Assembly (NCBI GenBank): GCA_964016885.1
Contig: OZ024743.1
Span: 201,624,001 to 201,688,000, forward strand
DNA length: 64,000 nucleotides
Origin: Eledone cirrhosa
Lineage: Eukaryota
Direction of reading: 5' to 3'
Numbering within the stretch: the first letter of the stretch is position 1; the number at the start of each line of letters is the position of its first letter. The notes below the pieces were generated by a model, which was not told the DNA's origin, made no database searches, and saw nothing but the letters and a program-made list of their open reading frames with translations. Positions 13,781 through 26,210 of this stretch are shown in pieces. Position numbers and translations under genes: made by a program.

Positions 13781-14240
13781 GATAATTGACAACAACAACA
13801 ACAAAAATTTCAAAAACTTATAATGTTACTATAAAGAAGAAAGAATAGAAACTAAGTATGAAGGGTGTGGTGGGTAGGTGGGACCAAAACAACAACAGTA
13901 ACAACAAAAAGACAACAGGTAAAGAGAAGGGAGGAAGAGTGGGTGTGTCGTTAGGAAAAATTTGATGCAAACGATGTAAAAATTCAAAAATTAAACTTTT
14001 CTAAATTTGATGTAAAAATGCAAAATTTAAACTTTTCTAAATTTTAATTTCAAATTTTGAAAAGGGAGGGAATTGTTGTAAACAAACACCAAGTTGAAAT
14101 ATTTCTGCAGATAAATGATTCTTCACCATTAAAAAAATAGATGACATTTCTACAGATAACAACTGTCAATTCACAAGAAGTTCTATTTCTTTTATTACTT
14201 TTTACCTTTGATTGTTAATTTCCTTCTTCTAATAATTCTA

Positions 14241-14545
14241 TCATAACTCTACACCATCACAATCATTAACCCAACACCACCACATTCATGACCCTACACC
14301 ACCACAATCATAACTCTACACCATCACAATCATTAACCCAACACCACCACATTCATGACCCTACACCACCACAATCATAACCCTACACCATCACAATCAT
14401 TAACCCAACACCACCACATTCATGACCCAACACCACCACAATCATTACCCTACACCATCACAATCATAACCATACACCACCACAATCATTAACATACTCT
14501 GCCACTATTATAACTCTACACTACCACAATTATTAACATACCCCA
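14241..14545. repeat. Minisatellite: 67-bp higher-order repeat of ~22-bp subunits
   Basis: Units start at 14241, 14308 and 14375; subunit tcataacYctacaccaYcacaa. Confidence 0.85.
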
Positions 14546-14694
14546 TACACACACACACACACATACACCAAAAGAACCCAAAACTGTTTGTTGTTGTTGA
14601 GGGTTGTGATTAAAAATAAATAAATAATTAAAATTGATAATGAACTAAAACAAAGCAAAATAAAAGGTTATAAAGAAAACATTATCATTATCAT

Positions 14695-14755
<61 letters not shown>

Positions 14756-15073
14756 TTTACTTTATTTTGAAATATTATTTTAGTTGTAAAAATTTAATTT
14801 AATTAAAATTCCTATCTTTTACATATTTCTTTTGTTTATTTATCTATTTCTACTCATTTTATTTTTTTTATAAAGTTGTCTTGTCTTCCAGTCAAGAAAC
14901 TGCTTTGTTTTAATTCATTATATTTTGATGTTTCTGGAAGGAACACTGTGAGAAAAAATAAGAACAATAATTCTTAACCAAGTCAGACAATCACACATGT
15001 GAGAACTAGGGGTCTTGTATATGAGAAGAGAAATAATATTTTGACACACTGATTGACATGTAAATTAACCCTT

Positions 15074-15285
15074 TTGGCAGATCGGTAGAGCATCGGACAC
15101 CTTGCTTTGCGACATAGTTACCTCCCTTTACATTCTGAGTTCAATTCTCGCCGAGGTTAACTTTGCCTTTCATTCTTACGGGGTGGATAAAATAAAGTAC
15201 CAGTAATGCACTGGGGTTGGTTTAATCGACATTCCCCTCCCTCCAAATTACTGGCCTTGTGCCTATACTAGAACTCATTATCATA
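15074..15285 (+). mobile_element. SINE family 1, long-tail copy
   Basis: A/B boxes, core and tail all present. Confidence 0.85.
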
Positions 15286-15969
15286 TTTATAATGAAAAAT
15301 CTACCTATGTGTTTCAAATAATTTTGAAAATAACCAAGAGTTTGGAAAGATTTGGTAAAATAACTATCTCATTATTAATTTTGTGTTTGGAACATAACTC
15401 AACAAAGGTAATTACATAAAATTATGATGAAAGGTCTTTAAACATAAATTAAAACCTTTCAACTTAAAAGGTTAGTATTATAGAAACAAAGCGAGTTCCA
15501 GGTTGGTCCCAAATTTGTTTAAGTTTGAATCAGGCTATATAGCAACTTGGAAAAGTAATCCCATGTCAATGAAAGACTTGTAAGTGAAACCTAGTAGACA
15601 GGAACTGTATGACAGCTAGACAGATAAAAATGGACATTTTGTTGTTTTATAAATTTAATATGTCTCCTTGTCTCACACCACACCTGGCCTTTGGGTGAAT
15701 TTAGTCCTTGGCCAGGTCGTCAGATGGAGAATAATTTCTACCCTTCCTGTTTCCACTTTTAGATGCTCTGTAAAGATCCTTTCCTTCCCCCTCTCACTAA
15801 GCTGTATAAAGATATTTATTCATTGTCTTATTCTTGGATATGTATACAGTACCAGACTAGTTTGAATTAGAAAATGTTATTTAATGGCAATAATATTCTT
15901 GACCCCGAGGATACTGAAGCATGTACAACATTGTTATTACCATTTGCTTACAAATAAAAATACCGATTT

Positions 15970-16662
15970 CCTATCCAAGAATAAGATGTCTAATAGGTTG
16001 TATTCATATCAAGGAGTAAGATGTCTGATGTCTATGTTTATATAAAATACATATTAATGTTATATAATTTATATAAATTTTTGATACATTTACATAGAAT
16101 ATCTGATGTTTGTGTTCATATCCAGGCCAGGAATTAAATGCCTAATATTTCTGTTTATATCCAGAAATATGAGGTCTGATATCAGACGTCTGTGTTCATA
16201 TTGTGCAATACACTGTCTGTATTTATATTCAGCAATCAGATGTTTGATGACTGTTTATATCTAAAGTCTGGACTTGACTGAGAGTACAATACCTCCCCCC
16301 ATCTCGGACAGGAAACCAGTCCATCACAGCATTAAAACCCCAGCTATTGCTGGTACTCATTTTCAGGTGAGTACAACATTAAATGAAGTGCTTTGCTCAA
16401 GAATACAACATGCAACCCAGCCCAGCAATCAAACCCACGACATTATGATCATAAGTTGAACAACCTGAACACTAAGCCATGCACCTCCATATATATACAC
16501 AGGAATAAAATATCTGATGCCTGTTCATATCCAACAATAAAATGTTCTATGTTTGATGTCCGTGTTTTAATCCAGCAATACAATGTCTGATGTTTGTGTC
16601 TATATACAGGAATGTTTGATGTCTGATATCTGAAATTATATCTCGCAATAAGATGTTTGATA
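15970..16662. repeat. Old diverged ~34-bp minisatellite, interrupted by a minus-strand SINE (~16262-16490)
   Basis: Recurring tctgatgtYtgtgttcatatccaggaataagatg. Confidence 0.65.
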
Positions 16663-16734
16663 ACAATTGGAAATCAAAGCAAACAAAATGCAATACAGAT
16701 GTGATGATGTAAATAGTGTTTCATCTCAAAACAG

Positions 16735-16982
16735 AGGGGTAATGTGAAAGTGATACCAGTTATGATTGGGGAATTAGGATTAATCCCATTGAAACTCCAA
16801 GATTTCTTAAAGCAATTAAGAATACCATGCAAGATTGGTGTCGTACAAAATTCAGCCTTGCTAGGCACTGCACACATTTTAAGAAAAGTATTATCTGTTT
16901 AAGATCCTTGTTGACTTGACATATGACTAAATACTCCAATGCATTTTCCATCAACACTGTATGACAAAATAATAATAATAAT
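16735..16982 (+). mobile_element. Dong/R4-type LINE 3' fragment
   Basis: VKVIPVMIGELGLIP..QNSALLGTAHILRKVLSV*, then a short UTR and (AAT)n. Confidence 0.75.
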
Positions 16983-17802
16983 GATTTCTGATTTAGGCAC
17001 AAGGCCAACAATCTTGAGGAAGAGAAAAATCAATTAAATCGAATCCTGTGAATTTGACATGCTTTATTTCATCAACCTCATAAGGATGAAGGGCAAAACT
17101 AAGCTCTGCGGGATTTGAACTCAGAACATAAAGTGATGTAACTATATGCTGCAAAGCTTGTTGACTAACATTCTACCAATACTGAAAATCCGCTGCCCTT
17201 AATAATTCTAATAAGGATAATAATTGTTTCTACAATAGGCACAAGGCTAGCAATTATTCCAGTGTATTACTGGTACTTTATTTTATCGACCCCCGTTAGG
17301 ATGAAAGGCGAAGTTAACCTTGACGGGATTTGAACTCAGAATGGCAAGGGCCGTAACTTTATGCGTCAAAGCATGGCGTCCGACCCTCTACGGATACGGC
17401 CAATTCACCACAGGGAGTAAGTGGTAAGTCGATTAAATCTCCCTCAGTGTGTTACTGGTGCTTTAGTTTATCAACCCTATAAGGATGAAAGGAAAAGCTA
17501 ACCTCGGCAAGATTGAAACTCAGAATGTAAAGGGATGTAACTATATGCCACACACTGTGTGGACAACATTCTACTAATACTGCCAACCCACCGCCCTTAA
17601 TAATTCTAATAAAGATAATAATAATTGTTTCTACTTTTGGCACAAGGCCAGTGCATTACTGGTACTTTATTTTATCGAACATGTAAGGATGAAAGGCAAA
17701 GTTAACCTTGGCGGGATTTGAACTCAGACCGTAAAGGGATGTAACTCTATGCTACAAAACATAGCGTCTGACCCTCTACCGATACTGCCAATCCACCACC
17801 CT
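16983..17802 (-). mobile_element. Head-to-tail cluster of four SINE family 1 copies
   Basis: Four successive reverse-complement cores and B boxes. Confidence 0.85.
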
Positions 17803-18163
17803 TATAAAGATAATAATAATAACAATAATAATTACATTGATGGTTTTGATGAAAAACCTTTAGAAAGAAAATTGGCTTTGGTTATGAGGTGGGGAAAGGG
17901 CTATGGCATGAAATCTTTACTTTTTAGCCATATGGAAGCAATTTCCAGAGGAAAATGGAGCCGCTGGTACTACTTGTTTTGTATATTTGTGTTAATATGC
18001 ACCTGCAATAATCTAATTGACTAATTAGTAGTTTTATATAAATATGAATATATAAATATATATTATTTTTGATATTGTAACTATAATACAGTTGTTGTTT
18101 CTTTAGTGCTTTACATTTTTATACACAACCTGAAGGAATAATAATAATAGTGATATTATTTGC

Positions 18164-18198
<35 letters not shown>

Positions 18199-18718
18199 CT
18201 TTAGGCAACCTAAATAGACAGATGGATGCAGCACACTAAAACCACTGTTCAATGAAAGAAATGTTGTCCATAAATCCATTCATAACTGGAACATCTGGAA
18301 GGATACACAGTATACAACAACAGTATACAACAACATATACAACAACAGTATACAACAACATATTTCTCAATGAGAGAGAGAGAGAGAGAGAGAGAGGAAG
18401 AGAGAGAGAGAGTGTGTGAGAGAGAGAGAGAGTGAGAGAGAAGAGATAGAGAGAGCGAAAGAGAGGGAGCTCAACATAAATGTAATAGGAAGAATTTTCA
18501 TAATATACCTACAAATATTGTTTTTCTTTCACTATATTTCCAAGGTAAGTGTTGTTGTTGTCGTTTAGTTTCATGTCAGCGCTTAATGAGTTGAAGTATG
18601 ATCAGATGTGTTCCACCCAGGACTATACTATATTAATTTCAGGTTTTTTGCAACAATAAAACTTTAAAGGGATATCACCAGTCCAACCTTCTGTTATTTT
18701 AATCAAATTAATTATATA

Positions 18719-18905
18719 TAATTGTTTCTACTTTTGGCACAAGGCCAGCAATTACTTAGTGCATTACTGGTACTTTATTTTATCGACCACGTAAGGATGA
18801 AAGGCAAAGTTAACCTCCGCAGGATTTGAACTCAGAATGGCAAGGGCCGTAACTCTATGCGTCAAAGCATGGCGTCCGACCCTCTACCAATACTGCCAAT
18901 CAACA
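18719..18905 (-). mobile_element. SINE family 1 copy
   Basis: Complete reverse-complement copy. Confidence 0.85.
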
Positions 18906-19291
18906 CATGGTAAGATATATTTCTACTAAATGCTTTACTCAGTAATTCATTTACAAAAAATGCAGTAACATCAAGCTAGATTTACACTGCATTTCTTGAA
19001 TTTATTTATTTCGGATGACTTTATAACTTTATCAAAGGTAGGGAAAAGAAGTAGAGTATCTCATGGCCCTGGCAAGGTTGCTGAGACTGGTGCTACCAGT
19101 GAGAAACTACAACCCATGCCAGTATATCAACATATTGGCATAGCTTCAAGGGAGAGGTGGTAGTGGTGTTGTTGTTTAACTGGGTGATGCATTAGGTCGA
19201 CCACCTGTGGGTGTCCAATATGGCTGAAACATGTATAGTAGATTTTGTATGTTATGCATAAAACACGCACAGACGCACGCATATATATATA

Positions 19292-19595
19292 TGAGAGGGA
19301 TAAATTGGTGTGTGCGGGAGAGGAGACTGCGATGGTATGGACATGTGATGTGCATGGAGGATGACCGATGGGTGAAGAAGTGCCAAGAAATGCCAGTTGA
19401 AGTAAGACATAGTAGAGGAAGACCACAAAAAACATGGGCGAAGGTATTGAGAGCAGACCTTAGATCACTGAAGCTCATGGTGGAGATGACGAAGGACCGT
19501 GACAAGTGGAGAGATGCTGTGCTGAATAAGATCCATCCCACCCTTGCAAGCAGGGAATAGTGGACGTAAAATGATGATGATGATGATGATGATGA
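19292..19595 (+). mobile_element. RTE LINE (second subfamily) 3' fragment
   Basis: ERRLRWYGHVMCM..GRPQKTWAKVLRADL..DRDKWR, then a (TGA)n tail. Confidence 0.85.
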
Positions 19596-20020
19596 TATAT
19601 ATATATATATATATACCCATGCCAGCATGGAAAAATGGCCGTTAAACGATGATGATGATGATGATATATATATATAGACACACACATATGATATACGTAT
19701 ATATATAGATTAATGCGTAATTAATATATAATCATAAATAAAATCAATCAAACATTTACTGAAAAAGCACATGTAAGTAGAGTATAAGCTTAAATTTTAC
19801 AAGGGAAAAGTTTACAGTGACTTCGCAGTTCCATTAGTGATCAGCTCCATCAGATAATATAAACTGCCAGAAATAACAGCCAAATCCGCCAGAAATAATA
19901 CCCTATCATCACAGAAATATATGGGCTTCTTATGGCAAGAACTGTGTTGTTAGTAGGTCAGCAGAATCAAGGCAGATCTGGGGCTAACACCTACACCTGA
20001 TCCTTGGCTACATTATTTAA

Positions 20021-20328
20021 CCCTTTAGCATTTAAACCGGCCATATCTGGCCAGAATTCTTTCAACACCTTCTGTTCAACTGGCCATATCCCGCCATAAT
20101 TTCCTCACATCATTCTGTTTAAACCGCCCATATCCGGCCAGAATTCTCTCACCACTTTCTGTTCAAACCGGCCATAACTGGTCGCTCATACTCATGTTAA
20201 GGTATTGTTCTCAAAATAAATAATATCAAAATCTCATAGATTCAATTTTATGTGAGATAATTATGTAAGATAGACCCTTGACCACAAAAATACAATAGTA
20301 TATATAGAGTAATGTAAATGCTAAAAGG
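20021..20328. mobile_element. piggyBac-type MITE, full copy
   Basis: TTAA at 20017-20020 and 20329-20332; TIRs ccctttagcattta / taaatgctaaaagg; internal repeats aaaccggccatatcYggcc. Confidence 0.85.
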
Positions 20329-20446
20329 TTAATAGAGTTCTCAAGATTTTGGGTGTTATGTTTACTGTTGTTTACTGTCAGAATTCATGAGTTGTAGCTA
20401 TGTGTGCCCTCTCCTCAATCTCAAATAGATATTTCCAGACACACAT

Positions 20447-20482
<36 letters not shown>

Positions 20483-20800
20483 CATCATCATCATCATCAT
20501 CGTTTAACGTCCATCTTCCACGGTAGCATGGGTTAGACGGTTTTGTTCCATTTGATGCGGGAATGGTTGGTTTCAGATTTCTGATGCTTTTCAAAAGTAG
20601 AATTGAGATGCGAGAAAAGCCACAAACCTTCCACCTCGATTAAATAAATATTCTTAAAAAGACTCCAGTTCCATTTTCGATTTCATTTTTTTTCCTTATA
20701 CTTTCACACATGTAGGATAGCTCGTTTTTTTTTCATTTTGAAAAAAACCTTCATTTTCTTAAATACAGCCATACATACACACACACACACACATATATAT

Positions 20801-22960
20801 GACGCTGATAAGAAGGTAGCTTGGAAGTGTCACTACGAAAGGCTACTAAATGAGGAGAATAAATGGGAGAAAGACAGTCTCCCCCACATCGACCCAATAA
20901 AGGGACCAGCAGTGTTAGTCGAAGGTAGTATAATAAGTAAGGGAATAAAAGATATGAAGACGGGTAAGGCGGCTGGGCCTTCGGAAATAGTTGGTGAGAT
21001 GCTGAAAGCCTCTGGAACGGTGGGACACACCATGGTCACCCGGATAGTAAACCAAGTCATACAGAATGGGGTTGTTCCGAAGGACTGGCGTAGCAGCATC
21101 ATCATTAACTGTTACAAGGGGAAAGGAGATGCCCTAGATAGGAGTAACTATAGAGGCATTAAATTAATCAACCAGGTCATGAAGGTCACGGAAAAAGTAA
21201 TAGCGCAACTAATCAGAGAGAGATTTGATCTAGATGAAATGCAGTTCGGGTTTGTGTCAGGCAAAAGTACCACAGACGCTCTTTTCATTGTACGACAACT
21301 ACAGGAGAAGTACCTAGCTAAAACTAAACCCCTATACTTAGCTTTTGTCGACTTGGAGAAAGCCTTCGACAGAGTCCCCCGTTCCATTATCTGGTGGGCT
21401 CTTAGAAAACTAGGTGTTGACGAATGGCTTGTGAGAGCTATACAAGCCATGTATAAAGAAACAGTCAGCAAGGTTAGAATTAACAACGAATATAGTGAAG
21501 AGTTTAGCGTAAAAGTTGGTGTTCATCAGGGCTCTGTTCTTAGCCCCCTACTATTTATTATTGCCCTTCAGGCTATAACAGTGGAGTTCAAGACCGGCTG
21601 CCCATGGGAACTCCTATACGCAGATGATCTAACGCTCATAGCTGAATCAATGGCCGAGCTAGAGAAGAAATTCCAAACATGGAAGCACGGCCTAGAATCA
21701 AAAGGCCTTAAAATTAACCTGACTAAGACTAAAGTTCTAGTTTGTAGGAAAGAAAATAAGGCGCCGGTCCCTTCCGGGAAATGGCCATGCTCAGTGTGTA
21801 GGAAAGGCGTAGGTAGAAACTCCATTTTATGTCCCAAATGCAAAATATGGGTGCATAAAAGATGTAGTGGGATCACAGGTAAGCTAACTAAGAACATAGA
21901 TTTTACATGTGGCCGGTGCTCTGGTGCAATAAGTAGCAGCAAGTGCCCACTAAATACTAGCTCTTTCAATTGCACAGAGGGTTCTATAGAAATAGTGGAC
22001 AGCTTCCGTTACCTGGGTGACAAAATCAGCAGTGGAGGAGGGTGCTCTGAAAGTACAGTAGCTTGAGTCAGAACTGGATGGAAAAAGTTCAGAGAGCTTA
22101 TACCACTATTAGCCACTAAAGGGTTCTTCCTAAAAATGAAAGGCAGGTTGTATGATGCCTGCATACGAACAGCAATGTTGCATGGCAGTGAGACCTGGGC
22201 ATTGTGTGCAGAGGATATACGCAGACTAGAGAGGAACGAAGCTTGCATGCTCCGCTGGATGTGTAATAGTAATATACGTGAACGGCAAAGCATAAACGAA
22301 CTAAGGAAAAAATTAGAAATAAGAGGGATCAGATGTTGTTTACTCGAGAGAAGGCTATGTTGGTATGGTCACGTGATGAGCATGAAAGACGACAGCTGTA
22401 TAACAAAGTGCAGAGCAATAAAGATAGACGGTAGCCACAGAGTAGGCAGACCCAGAAAAACCTGGGACGACCTGATAAATTCCGACCTCACACAATTACA
22501 CCTCTCCAAGACAATGTCACTGGACCGAGATCTTTGGCGGTACTCAGTAATAGAGAAGACCCGCCTTACCTAAATACAAAGTAAAACCTACTACAGTCAG
22601 TAGGCATCTCTAACAAAATACACCCGCGTCCCACCACTCCACCCCATCCACACCATTCAATGTAAAGTTATGTTGGTGCCACAACATCCAGGCCGAAACA
22701 AATGAGATCGTGTAGGTGTCACGACAAAAAAAACACATAGTCCATGCTGTAATGTGGCCGTGTAGGCAACACGGTAAAAACCTTCCAGCCCCACACTGTA
22801 AATGTGGTTCGTGTTAGGAAGGGCATCCAGCTGTAGAAAACCCGCCAGACAGTCCTATGCGAGCAAGACAACCACTCTTGCCTCAAGTGGGAAAACTCCT
22901 GTCCAAACCCATGCAAGCGTGGAACATGGACGTTAAACGATGATGATGATGATGATGATG
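20801..22960 (+). mobile_element. 5'-truncated RTE-clade LINE (RT, PHD-like finger, 3'UTR, (TGA)n tail)
   Basis: RT motifs NYRGIKL, QFGF, FVDLEKAFDRV, GVHQGSVLSPLLF, YADD, FRYLG. ORFs 20738-22066 and 22136-22573 share a frame and are split by a single TGA at 22064 (probably from CGA). No endonuclease domain. Confidence 0.95.
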
Positions 22961-23800
22961 ATACATATATATACATACATACACACACACACACATATAT
23001 ATATATACTTACATATGTACTTATATGTGTGTGTATGTGCATGTGTTTGTGTGTGGTGTTTAAACTCCCACATATATAAGATAGAATAAAAAAAAAGAAT
23101 GATTGCATTTAAGATAATAACAAACAACCAAAATAAGCAATCATATATACATTGGTATTTGTGTGTGTGTGTGTGTGCGTGTGCGTGTGTATGTCTGTAT
23201 GCACGCACACAAATAGAAATAAGAGCTCTGGTTATATGTATTCTGTGTTTTCATCCATCTAACTGATACAGGTAGCAATAATTGTATTATTTTCCACCAA
23301 AACTGAATATATATATTAACCCTTCAAATCTATTTCTTAAATATATAAAAGCAAGTTATTGCTTGCACATCAATTCTAGTTGATCTGTTTAATCTATAAT
23401 TTGTAAATTATTGGTAGCTTTTAGCCATTTGCTTCCAAGGAATATGAGCTATCATATCGTTGTTAGTATTGGCAGCGAAAAAAACAGGAACAAATATACT
23501 AAAAACGAAAGAGGAGAAATTTTCTTTAGTCTTCGTATTTATTACAGACGTTTTATTCCTTGGAGCACTCAACAATATAAACCTTCAATTTTTTGCTTGC
23601 TTCACTGAACAGTATTATATCTAAAATATAATTCTACACATACCAAACCTGACAATAATGTGACCACATTTTCAAGAAAGATACAGAGAAGCCCTATTAT
23701 TTTTCATCTTCAGCTTTCAGGCCAACAATCAGTGAAAATATAAAGATTGCCATATTTCAAACTACACACATAAAGCCCAACCTACATACATATTTACAAC

Positions 23801-23834
<34 letters not shown>

Positions 23835-23836
23835 AA

Positions 23837-23946
<110 letters not shown>

Positions 23947-24733
23947 AAAACGGATTTAAACACTCACATTAATATATATGTATATATATATATATATATA
24001 CATATATTTATATACATATATACAAATGTATATATACAAATACAAATATTCATATATATATACATATATATATATATTTATATATATACATATATATATA
24101 TATTTATATATATACATATATATATATATTTATATATATACATACATATATATACATATATATACTTATGTATATAGATATATAACTACATATATATATA
24201 CATATATATACATATATACATACATATATATATCTAAATATACATATGTATATATATATATACATATACATAAATATATACATATACATATATGTATATA
24301 TAATATTTATATGTACATATATATATAAATGTGTGTATAAAAAAAAAGAATAAGCGGAGAAAAGTGGGAAAAAATGAAATAAAAAGTATATATTGGGGGG
24401 AAAAAATATCCTGGTGTCTCTGGATATGCTGTAAATATATATTTTTCTTTTTTGCGAAAGAATTGTATTTGTTGTCTGTAGTAAAAGAGGGGAAAAATGG
24501 AAGAATAATCATAGGTTAAATAACTGATATGTTCTTTTGTATGATATCATATGTTGTTGACAGGTATTGGGCATGGAACAGAATTTCTCTGACACTAAAA
24601 TAGGGGATAATAACTCATAGAACAACAATATATATATATATATACATACACATATATATATATATATATATGTGTGTGTATATATATATATAAATATATA
24701 TGTATGTGTGTGTGTATATATACATATATAGGT

Positions 24734-24768
<35 letters not shown>

Positions 24769-24785
24769 AATATATGTATATATAT

Positions 24786-24850
<65 letters not shown>

Positions 24851-25038
24851 TATATATATATATATATGTACATATGCATGTATTTATATATGAAATATAT
24901 GAAAAATAAAAAAAAATAAATGCAAACAAATAGTAATAATAAAAAAATAAGGGAGTAATAATGGTTTGGTGTGGAATTATTTCAGCTAAGAAAAAAATGG
25001 TGTTAAATATCATAGCATCATACACATGTGTGTATATA

Positions 25039-25095
<57 letters not shown>

Positions 25096-25444
25096 TCACA
25101 CATGTATATACATATATACATACATATAGTATATATATGTGTACACACACATACAAAGACCCATATTTACACACATATACATACATATATATATACACAG
25201 ACACACAAACATATACACTTATACACACACACACACATATATATTCATTCTAGTAACATTATGAAATTCTTTTCTTAAATATTGAAAATATAGAAAATAA
25301 CAATATATAAAGATAATGATTTCTAGGTTTGGAAGGCAAGGAATATAGTAAGAGACTGGAGAAGGCATATTTGATTAAATCAACCCATGGATATATCTGG
25401 TACAAATATATTTTAGAGAAGAAAGCATGTACTTATTTTATGGT

Positions 25445-26057
25445 ATTTACAACCAAGCAAATACCCTCTATCAGGCATCTACCATACACTGAACAATTGT
25501 TTCCCTGGAGATGTATACATTGAAGCTCCGGCATCTGGCAATTAATTTAGTAAACACCCACAAAATTATTGACCATCTTGCCAACAACAACGATGAGCAC
25601 CTTTTTGAATTCCACATGTCTAACACATTTGGGTATGCCTACAAAGTCAGAAGAGAGCACAACTTTCGAAGAGCATTATTTTCGGAAGCATTTTTTTTAC
25701 GCTCTGAGTTGCTCAAGCATGGAACAAACTACCTTTATCAGTTGTTAGTTGCCAAGAAACTGCATCCTTTAAAACCTCCATGCTTCCTGAAATTCGCCGA
25801 CACTAAACCTGATATTCCCAACACTGCACCTGATGTCCCCCTCTCCATACACACGCACACATGTATATCATGACACATAAACTGCTCACTTTCCTAACAT
25901 TTGTACATTATTCTATCTTACGGGGTCGATAAAATAAAGTACCAGTAATGCACTGGGTAATTGCTGGCCTTGTGCCTAAAGTAGAAACAATTATTCTATG
26001 TACTATACATGCACCTTTGATGAGTTGCAGTGCACCTGAACACTGTACACAATAATT

Positions 26058-26088
<31 letters not shown>
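25445..26088 (+). mobile_element. Decayed CR1-like LINE 3' end with a nested SINE fragment (25917-25989)
   Basis: YTLKLRHLAINLVNTHKII..GYAYKVR.. and WNKLP in a shifted frame; (ATT)n tail. The SINE is flanked by TSD attattctat. Confidence 0.6.
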
Positions 26089-26089
<1 letters not shown>

Positions 26090-26210
26090 GGCAGTATCGG
26101 TAGAGGGTCGGACACCGTCCTTTGACGCATAGAGTTACAGGGTCGATAAAATAAAGTACCAGTAATGCCCTGGGTAAATTCTGGCCTTGTGCCAAAAATA
26201 GAAACAATTT
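26089..26210 (+). mobile_element. Internally deleted SINE family 1 copy
   Basis: A-box head is joined directly to gggtcgataaaataaagtacc; B box is missing. Confidence 0.8.

Noticed and set aside
12857-13823. 318-aa Leu/Ser/Pro ORF and Arg/Glu/Gly ORFs
   Set aside because: Artefacts of a GA-only tract.
20738-20800. N-terminus of the 442-aa ORF as a genuine start
   Set aside because: It is flanking and microsatellite sequence read in frame; LINE homology starts at ~20801.
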